From: a metagenome
Sequence record: ERZ791625.292-NODE-292-length-40431-cov-5.146201
Strand: one strand, 5' to 3'
DNA length: 32,000 nt
Position numbers and translations under genes: made by a program. The stretch's first letter is position 1, and each line of letters opens with the position of its first letter. Of the stretch, positions 8,181 to 14,929 are shown piece by piece. Under the pieces are notes generated by a model. It was given only the letters and a program-made list of their open reading frames with translations. It searched no databases and was not told the DNA's origin.

Positions 8181-9227
8181 ATGGATCATAAAAGTGCCAT
8201 TGCCGCTGCGGTCAATTCCCCTCGCTTCAGAATTGATGATTGCATAGATTTCGAGGATTCCCTTGCTCCTGCCCAAGCTCAGGAATATGCCATCATCAAG
8301 CGAAAGCTCACGCCTAAAGAGTTCAAGGCTTTCCGGCGCAGTATCATTAGAAATTCCTTTTTGATTGAACCCGTAAACGACGACGTGACCTCTACAAAAG
8401 TTGAAGCGCATTGGAGTCCACGTCTTAAAGGTGATGTACGATACGCCTCTTACGAGTCTTGCGTCGATATCTTTCATAAGCTTCTGCATAAAATCGCAAA
8501 TCTCTCCGCGGACGATTTTGACATGCTCAAAGAGTTTTTCAATTACACTGTCGTTCCGTATGAAATGCCCGTTGACTATATTGACCGGTTTGCATCCCCT
8601 ATCCATTCCGCCGAAAATGTTGACCTCTATCTTACTGACGAAATTAAGGCTTGTATTACCATGCGTCGCTTTATCCGCGATACCCGCCGGAACCCAGCAA
8701 GCGCAGTTTTCCAAGCGATCTTAGCGGATAAGATCAAAGTCAAAACGTATTTGACCGATCGAGCGCAGACTGGTGATCACAAAACCAACCGGGAAAAGCG
8801 CTGGGAGGCGCATCCAAATTCTGTCCAGTATGCCTTGAGGAGAAGCTGCATGAAAATAGAAACAAAGCTTCTCTTACAGATCGCAACGTTCGATGGATGT
8901 GATACCGGACTGGTCCATAGCCTTCAAAGTGACGGATTGCTGCCAAGCACCTTCGATTACTGCAAGTGTCCTATAACCGGCGATGCCATCCAGTACGCCG
9001 AATTCGCAAACGATGCCTTGCATCCAGTCCATGGAAAATCCAAATTTCAGGTTGGTCACCTCAATCCCTTGAAAGCACTGGATCTAAACGGAGCAAACGG
9101 ACACACCGCGGATAACATTAGCTGGATCTCTGAAAACGGCAACCGTATCCAGGGAAGCCTATCACTCGATGAGGTCGATGAATTATTAAAACGGATCTAT
9201 AGAAACCGGCCCGAGCTACATACTTAA
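8181..9227 (+). CDS. Uncharacterised protein with HNH-like (beta-beta-alpha-Me) C-terminus; candidate restriction endonuclease partner of the divergent methyltransferase
   Basis: A good RBS (ACGGAGG) precedes the ATG. The C-terminus reads CKCPITGD...HPVHGKSKFQVGHLNPLK...NGHTADNISWISENGNRIQG, which fits a His...Asn...Asn HNH pattern. The gene is divergent from the MTase. The coding call is solid; the function is an inference. Confidence 0.55.
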   Translation: MDHKSAIAAAVNSPRFRIDDCIDFEDSLAPAQAQEYAIIKRKLTPKEFKAFRRSIIRNSFLIEPVNDDVTSTKVEAHWSPRLKGDVRYASYESCVDIFHKLLHKIANLSADDFDMLKEFFNYTVVPYEMPVDYIDRFASPIHSAENVDLYLTDEIKACITMRRFIRDTRRNPASAVFQAILADKIKVKTYLTDRAQTGDHKTNREKRWEAHPNSVQYALRRSCMKIETKLLLQIATFDGCDTGLVHSLQSDGLLPSTFDYCKCPITGDAIQYAEFANDALHPVHGKSKFQVGHLNPLKALDLNGANGHTADNISWISENGNRIQGSLSLDEVDELLKRIYRNRPELHT

Positions 9228-9338
9228 CCGTTTAGGGGCGCAAACGTGCTGTTTCTTTTTATTTCAGCAGTTCCATGGTAGCTATAAGCCTCGGCGGCCG
9301 CACGATCGAAATCAAGGCGCTGGAGGGGAAAAAATAGG

Positions 9339-9371
9339 AAAAAGGAGCGGGGCGCAGCCCCGCTCCTTTGC
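9339..9371. terminator. Bidirectional rho-independent terminator between convergent genes
   Basis: GC-rich stem GGAGCGGGG / CCCCGCTCC with a 5-nt loop, flanked by an A-run and a T-run. Confidence 0.65.
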
Positions 9372-9381
9372 TTGTGTTGAG

Positions 9382-11238
9382 TCAGTCGGTGGTGGTAGAG
9401 GTGTTGCGGATGAGGTACAGAGTACCCGTGACATCTTCAAGCTCGAATTTTGGGAAGTTGCCCTTCCCGCTTGCCGTCTGCATATTGTAGATAAGGTAAA
9501 GTTGGAATCCATAACTCCTGTTAGTTTCATGAAGCTGTTCAAGAACAGCAGTTTCAATTGGACGCTCATAACTCTTTCCCTCAGGAACCAGTTCCTTTTC
9601 AATCGTTTTATTCGCAATATTGAATTGGTAGGTCATTTCATAGAGGGTGTACTTCACTTTCACAGATGCGGAGGCAGCTATCGAATTGTAACTTCCTCGG
9701 GCGACCTCATATCCGTCTTTTAGAACGTAATCGTAATAGATATGCGCCTTTTGCAGCTCGTTAAAGTCATTCGTCTCCATCTCCACAATTTCTTTTAACT
9801 CAAAATAAGTCTCAAAATTGTCTTTTGTCAACTCAACTTTTTCGTAAGAGCCCTCTTTATAGAAATACGTCCCTCCTACATATGCCAAACTATTATTATA
9901 GGCAGGATAGAAAGAAACGCTACCGAGGCCTTCAACATATCTGGTCGTTAATCCCGTATCATCATTGTAATGGAATTCCGGCTTATACTCCTTCTCATTA
10001 TAGGTCAGCGTTCCATCTTCACTCAAAACGAGAACGTCACCGTTCTCCTTCTCAGGTAAGCATCTGTAAGTGCCCGCCGCCGCTTTGATATATTCGCTAT
10101 AATCTTCAGGTTCAGGCGTGGGCCGAACCGTATTGAGAGCCACTTTGTTGAGCACCAGATTTTTGGGTGCACTCCACGGAGTCGTCCCATTTTCCCCCTG
10201 CGTGACGGAAACAGAGAAACTGCCATCATCAGTGATCTTTGCCGTATACCCCCAGGAAGTAGCAGCTCCGTTGGTAAGCTGGAAAGACACTGTAAGACTT
10301 CTTCCCGCAAGCGCAGGATCGGTCGAGCCTTCAATGTGCATCGTTGCCCTGTACGGAGCATACACCGTGTTGTTCTCCGTGCAGACCCACGCTCTTGCAT
10401 CACCGGTATAGTCAGCCGTCAACTCATAATACACCTCGTCAAAGTGGATCGTGTATTCCTCTCCGTTCAACGTGACCGGCACGTCAAACGCACCCGTGGG
10501 CTGGACAAGGTAGAATTTCGTTCCTACGGCATAGTCCGCGAAGGTCAGGCTGCTCAGGCTGCCGCCCGTGCCGACATTGCCCGCGTTGATGGTGCGGCCG
10601 CTGCTCAGTGCGATCATCAGATCGCCGTTTGCGTTCACGTAAGCGTCGGTGACGGAAACGCCATTCTTGCCGTCTTTACCGTCTTTACCATCCTTGCCGC
10701 TGCTGACGCTGCCCGCGTTGATCTTGCTGCCGTTTGCCAGTTCGAAGATCAGGTCGCCGTCTTCGTCAACATAGATGTTGTCAAAGCTGCCGCTTGCGGA
10801 AGATGTGACAGAAACCTTGCCGCCATCCCACTTCACATTCGCACCGAACGCCTCCAGCACCGCGCGGATGGGCAGATACGTGTGACCATCCTGCACGAGC
10901 GCCGCCGTGTCCATAGGGACGTTCTTCCCGTTGACCGTAATGTAGCCCTTGCCGATGGGCACGGTGACGGTGGTGCTGCCCTTCGTGATGATGGCCGTGC
11001 TGCTCATGCTGTCCCACTTCACGTCGCAGCCGTACTGTTCCATGACCACGCGAAGAGGAACTTGCGTTCTGCCGTTCGCATCGACAAACGGCTTGCCAGA
11101 TTCTGAGGTGAACGCGACCTTCTTTCCGTCCAGTTCAATACTGACGTCGTTCTGCGCCGCAAAGGCGGTCACCGAAAGGCTCAGCAGCATTGCAAGGACA
11201 AGTGCAATGCTCAGTGCGCGCTTTTTTACTTTTGCCAT
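9382..11238 (-). CDS. Secreted protein with an N-terminal copper-amine-oxidase-N-like (stalk) domain and a short collagen-like GKD repeat
   Basis: Signal peptide MAKVKKRALSIALVLAMLLSLSVTAFA. The stalk domain reads ...VPLRVVMEQYGCDVKWD...YLPIRAVLEAFGANVKWD. GKDGKDGKDGKNG is flanked by a duplicated ~23-aa unit (YVDEDGDLIFELANGSKINAGSV / YVNANGDLMIALSSGRTINAGNV). Confidence 0.7.
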   Translation of the reverse strand: MAKVKKRALSIALVLAMLLSLSVTAFAAQNDVSIELDGKKVAFTSESGKPFVDANGRTQVPLRVVMEQYGCDVKWDSMSSTAIITKGSTTVTVPIGKGYITVNGKNVPMDTAALVQDGHTYLPIRAVLEAFGANVKWDGGKVSVTSSASGSFDNIYVDEDGDLIFELANGSKINAGSVSSGKDGKDGKDGKNGVSVTDAYVNANGDLMIALSSGRTINAGNVGTGGSLSSLTFADYAVGTKFYLVQPTGAFDVPVTLNGEEYTIHFDEVYYELTADYTGDARAWVCTENNTVYAPYRATMHIEGSTDPALAGRSLTVSFQLTNGAATSWGYTAKITDDGSFSVSVTQGENGTTPWSAPKNLVLNKVALNTVRPTPEPEDYSEYIKAAAGTYRCLPEKENGDVLVLSEDGTLTYNEKEYKPEFHYNDDTGLTTRYVEGLGSVSFYPAYNNSLAYVGGTYFYKEGSYEKVELTKDNFETYFELKEIVEMETNDFNELQKAHIYYDYVLKDGYEVARGSYNSIAASASVKVKYTLYEMTYQFNIANKTIEKELVPEGKSYERPIETAVLEQLHETNRSYGFQLYLIYNMQTASGKGNFPKFELEDVTGTLYLIRNTSTTTD

Positions 11239-11450
11239 AAAAGCAACTCCCTTCCAAAATGTTCCCTCTTAGCGTAGCGCAGAAAATCGTCGAAAACAAT
11301 AAGCTGAGAGCATAGTATCGGAGGAAAATTTTGGAGTGCACATTCGATGTATCAACGTTTTCAGAAGAGTTGTGCACATTTTTGTGCACACTTGGGGTTT
11401 TGCCGTAATTCAGCATCCCATGTTTCACTCTCAAAAGCCGTAAAAAAAGC

Positions 11451-11529
11451 CTTGAAATCATGCGATTTCAAGACTTTTTCTTGGTCCGAGTGGCGAGATT
11501 CGAACTCACGGCCTCATGGTCCCGAACCA
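11451..11529. repeat. Distal att direct repeat: partial tRNA-Pro 3' end plus its terminator hairpin
   Basis: 79 nt match 16284-16362 with one mismatch (11480 C versus 16313 A). Positions 11482-11529 duplicate the 3' 48 nt of tRNA-Pro. Confidence 0.9.
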
Positions 11530-11676
11530 ATCCGCGATGTGCCGCAGCAGCGGCACAAGTGAGTGCGGAAGTTCCTTTCCAAAAGCTCGAAAAGCCTTGA
11601 TACATCTATGTTTTTTGCACTTTTATTGTACCACACATCCGCCGCCGATGCAATGATTATTTGAGCGTTCCAATAG

Positions 11677-11715
11677 AAAAAAGCGCACAGATTTTTGAAG
11701 TCTGTGCGCTTTTTG
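11677..11715. terminator. Hairpin with flanking A/T runs (terminator-like; may instead be integrase arm-site inverted repeat)
   Basis: Stem AGCGCACAGA / TCTGTGCGCT with a 9-nt loop, A6 before and T4 after. The stem carries the TGTGCGC motif also seen next to the integrase. Confidence 0.45.
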
Positions 11716-11934
11716 TGCGTCAGGGAATTTGAAACATTGTTTAGTTTTTCTTTAGATACTGTCCCACCATAAATGTGTTTACAGATTTAATTCCGAAGCC
11801 GGAACATATGCTCCATCCCATGTATTTGTGCCAGTCGCAAGGCAGTTTTGCAAGGCTTGAAGCATCTTGACCTTGTATTTCAATACTTCGCCTTTAAGGT
11901 CCATTTTCATACTCTAAACTATACAGATAAAAAG

Positions 11935-12576
11935 CTATTTGCTAAATGTTAAAAAGTAAATCACACCATCTTTGACAATTAAGGGGTAGTCTGTCTCATC
12001 ATAGGTCAATGTCAAAATCGGAGCCGTGTACTTATATGTGCCTTTATAGGTGGTAAAGGGCTTATCGTTAAAATAGTACCCTAAACTGGAACTATAACGA
12101 AACACACTGGTAAAAATCGAGAAAGTTCCGTCATTATAAAGCGTAAGTTCAATGCTGTTTTCAACAAGCGCAGGATCAAACATCAAGCCATCGCCTAAAT
12201 TGCAGGAAAACTTTTGACTTGCCATTCCGTTTTCGTCAGGCGAAAAGGCACGCCCGTACTCTTCATCTTCATCAAACGAAAACCTCGTGCTGTAAAGGTA
12301 CCCCTCGCTGTATACATAGTCGTGGTTGGCATTGCTATGTCGAGGACTAAGAGTTACATTGTTTATAAGAACACCAAATGTACCTTTTTCTTCTCCATAG
12401 TCATATGTACCATCGGAGTTTAACTTTAATTGGGTCGACAGGAACCATAAAGACGGCGACCATGTTCCAGCCAAATCTTCCTCCTTGAGATTGGGATCAG
12501 GCGTACTCCCACAAGCACATAGGGCAAAGCACATCACAAGTGCCAAAAGTAAGGCGGTTATCCTCTTCATAATCAT
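11935..12576 (-). CDS. Putative lipoprotein, function unknown
   Basis: Signal peptide with lipobox MKRITALLLALVMCFALCACGS. A GGGAGA RBS is present. The gene ends in TAG, and the frame stays open beyond it (see findings). Confidence 0.75.
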   Translation of the reverse strand: MIMKRITALLLALVMCFALCACGSTPDPNLKEEDLAGTWSPSLWFLSTQLKLNSDGTYDYGEEKGTFGVLINNVTLSPRHSNANHDYVYSEGYLYSTRFSFDEDEEYGRAFSPDENGMASQKFSCNLGDGLMFDPALVENSIELTLYNDGTFSIFTSVFRYSSSLGYYFNDKPFTTYKGTYKYTAPILTLTYDETDYPLIVKDGVIYFLTFSK

Positions 12577-12587
12577 GTTTCTCCCAT

Positions 12588-12779
12588 TTATAAATTTTGA
12601 GCTTTTAATACGACGCTTGCCGCGCTCACGGCGGCTTCATACTCATGCACATAACGAGAAACTGTGTCAGGGCTTCGTCTCAATTTCTCTGCAATCTTTT
12701 TGAAGCTGAAACCGTCATGATAAAGCTGCCACATCTTTTCCTTTTCTTGCGGTGTGACGCGTGTACCCTTTGTCGCCAT
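12588..12779 (-). CDS. Small helix-turn-helix protein (sigma70 region-4 / resolvase-HTH-like)
   Basis: 63 aa with FSFKKIAEKLRRSPDTVSRYVHEY. The start lies 2 nt after the upstream stop, which suggests coupling. Confidence 0.6.
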   Translation of the reverse strand: MATKGTRVTPQEKEKMWQLYHDGFSFKKIAEKLRRSPDTVSRYVHEYEAAVSAASVVLKAQNL

Positions 12780-12781
12780 TA

Positions 12782-12976
12782 TTATTTGACCTTATCATCC
12801 GGACGCAGGATATCTTCTTTTATCGCCTTTTCAAACTGTTCCTTTACATACTCCTCTGGCGTCCACTTCTTTGTAGAACCGCCCTCTTCAAGAATCTTGT
12901 TCATCTTGCCGAGTTCTGTAAAGAAAGATTTCGGGACAATGATTCTGTTTTTGGTCGTGTCAATGATAATACGCAT
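12782..12976 (-). CDS. Small protein, weak AbrB/SpoVT-like N-terminus
   Basis: The ATG at 12976 follows CAGGAGGAAG. MRIIIDTTKNRIIVPKSFFTELG resembles the swapped-hairpin IPK motif. The ORF-track start at 13096 lacks an RBS. Confidence 0.5.
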   Translation of the reverse strand: MRIIIDTTKNRIIVPKSFFTELGKMNKILEEGGSTKKWTPEEYVKEQFEKAIKEDILRPDDKVK

Positions 12977-13483
12977 TGCTTCTTCCTCCTGAAAATGAAA
13001 ATGTACGAGAAACTGGCATATTGCACAGCTTTCCGTACACCCCATGATATATATATATATATTGTCAAGCATTTTCCGAAAATTGGCGAAATTCATTAGA
13101 TTTTATCCGTTTTCATCGCAATCGCGCGTGATTTGCAGAAATTTTCATGCGCACGCCATTGTATTTGATGATTTCCGCCGAAATTTCATAAAATCACACC
13201 TGATTTCAGCAAATTATGACAGAACACTTGCAGAATCCAATAGAGCGGCAGCGGAAACGGTGAAATTCTGCGTGATTTCGTGTCGACACGGTGCAGATTT
13301 GTCAGATTCACCGCGTTTCCGCCTGTTTTTTCCTGAAATACGCCCCCTCCGCCGCGCAAAACGATTCTTTCGCTTGCATTATCCGTCCTTTTTAGACTTT
13401 TTATAAAAAATAATATATAATATATATAGAAAGTGAGAGAAATCTCAACTTTCTAATAAAAATCAAACGAAAGGAGCTGACTT

Positions 13484-13741
13484 ATGAGCAGCCTTGAAGT
13501 AAGCGCAAATTCTTTTCTTCGTGCGCTAACGATTTATGTAGACACTCCCAGCAGCGACACAAAATTTCAGTTGCAGCGCCGTGCGAATGACTTTGTCAGA
13601 GCGGTTATTGAGCATGAGAACACCATAGAGCAGCGCGTCACGGATAACGTGCTGAAAGCCCTATCTGTCCAATTTGAAACAGGCGACGCCATCAAGCAAA
13701 TTGACGGTCTAAAGAGCGCCCTTGACCGTTTGGGGGAGTAA
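13484..13741 (+). CDS. Hypothetical protein (85 aa), first gene of the rightward island operon
   Basis: An AAAGGAG RBS lies 8 nt upstream. No recognisable motif. Confidence 0.55.
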   Translation: MSSLEVSANSFLRALTIYVDTPSSDTKFQLQRRANDFVRAVIEHENTIEQRVTDNVLKALSVQFETGDAIKQIDGLKSALDRLGE

Positions 13742-13746
13742 CGCCG

Positions 13747-14246
13747 TGCCGAATACTGTACCCAATCAAAGAGTTGTCGCCATTCACCGCGAACACGCCT
13801 CGTCCGACTTCCTCGGCATCAAAAATGAGCATTGGCAAGCGGCGGCACGCGATTTGGGCGCGCACGCGCTTATGTTGTACCTTTATCTTGCGTCCAATAG
13901 GGACGGATACACATTGGCGTTATCCCTCGCCGCTATCCGTCAGGCGGTTGGAATGGCGGCATCCACCTACCGCGACCAGTTTTTGAAGCTCGTTGACAAA
14001 GGTTATCTTGTTCAGCGCGGCAGCGGCAATACTTATGATTTCTATGAAACGCCGCAGCGGGAGACGCGTTTACACAATGAGAATACGTCTGTCGGCTTTG
14101 ACTTTACGGCAGCCGTCCAGAAGCAAACACAAGCCGTTCAAAAGGAAGCGCCCGAGGATATAGAAATAAATATAAATAATATAAATATAAAAAATAAGGG
14201 CGTGGAGAAACAAGTTTCTCCAACGCCATCTGAATTTTACTTTTAA
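13747..14246 (+). CDS. Winged-helix, replication-initiator/DnaD-like protein (tentative)
   Basis: The segment LMLYLYLASNRDGYTLALSLAAIRQAVGMAASTYRDQFLKLVDKGYL looks like a wHTH of phage/plasmid replication organisers. The GTG at 13747 is preferred to the overlapping ATG at 13722. The 3' end is an almost pure A/T tract. Confidence 0.5.
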
Positions 14247-14258
14247 GGAGAAAAGAGT

Positions 14259-14324
14259 ATGTCCAAGAGTAAGAATATGACCATTGAAGAAATGGTCGAT
14301 TGTTTCCGCATCATGTTCAGTTAG
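14259..14324 (+). CDS. Short ORF (21 codons to TAG; 69 codons if the TAG is read through to the TGA at 14466-14468)
   Basis: A strong RBS AAGGAGAAAAG precedes the ATG at 14259. There is an in-frame TAG at 14322-14324, and the frame stays open for 47 more codons. Confidence 0.3.
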   Translation: MSKSKNMTIEEMVDCFRIMFS

Positions 14325-14448
14325 GCAGTTGCAGAGCGTTCCCAAGACTACGGTGTTGTGATGGAAGAAGCGTATAACCTTTGGGCGCTGCTATACTATG
14401 ACCTTGGTATCAGATATCCGCAGGATGATATCGCACAGACAAGCAGCA

Positions 14449-14823
14449 ATGAACCTTTCGTTTTTTGAGCAGCGGATTTATCAATCCTTAAAGCGCAAAG
14501 GGTTAGCACCGCAATTCGAGCGGGCGGGCATTTATGCTATCCTGTTGGACGGAAAGGCTGTCTATATCGGAAAAAGCGTCAATATGCTTGCGCGCATGGC
14601 GCAGCACTATGCGTAGCTCTCCCGTCCAAAAGCACACAAATATGAAATACTGGCGGAAGCATCGCGGCGCGGCCATCGCATACGCTTTTGCGTTCTGTAT
14701 GCCGCTCGCAGCACGACGCCCGCCGCAATCGAAGAAGAGATAGGCGAGAAAGAGGGCGAGTTCATCCGCTGCTATCTCCCGCCGCTCAATTATCAGATTC
14801 CAAAGGCGGAAAACTGGCGATAG
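14449..14823 (+). pseudogene. GIY-YIG nuclease domain protein interrupted by an in-frame TAG
   Basis: The N-terminal half is ...RAGIYAILLDGKAVYIGKSVNMLARMAQHYA, then a TAG (14614-14616). The same frame continues LSRPKAHKYEILAEASRRGHRIRFCVLYAA...GEKEGEFIRCYLPPLNYQIP, which carries the conserved Glu/Asn half of the domain. Confidence 0.65.
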
Positions 14824-14871
14824 TTCACCACCAATCCCGCCGCACTCACAATTACATTACCTGACCTATTG

Positions 14872-14912
14872 AAAAAGGGCAGCAGCATTTGAAGCTGTTG
14901 CCCTTTCTTTTT
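14872..14912. terminator. Bidirectional terminator between the GIY-YIG gene and the integrase
   Basis: Stem GGGCAGCAGC / GCTGTTGCCC with a 7-nt loop, A5 before and TTTCTTTTT after. Confidence 0.65.
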
Positions 14913-14929
14913 GTCCTGCTGTTGGAGCG

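Noticed and set aside
11347-11562. 71-aa ORF and its look-alike at 16207-16425 (shared ...KSCDFKTF.WSEWRDSNSRPHGPEP).
   Set aside because: The similarity comes from translating across the duplicated tRNA-Pro/att repeat. They are not protein-coding genes.
11779-11910. 43-codon ORF (MKMDLKGEVLKYKVKMLQAL...) downstream of the lipoprotein gene, considered as an independent small gene.
   Set aside because: It has no convincing RBS. It is in frame with the lipoprotein gene and separated from it only by two TAG codons, so it is discussed under the TAG finding instead of being called a separate CDS.
13047-13062. (AT)8 microsatellite next to a minus-strand TTGACA, considered as a phase-variable promoter spacer.
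   Set aside because: No acceptable -10 hexamer lies at the right distance downstream of the repeat on that strand. It is kept only as a note within the control-region finding.
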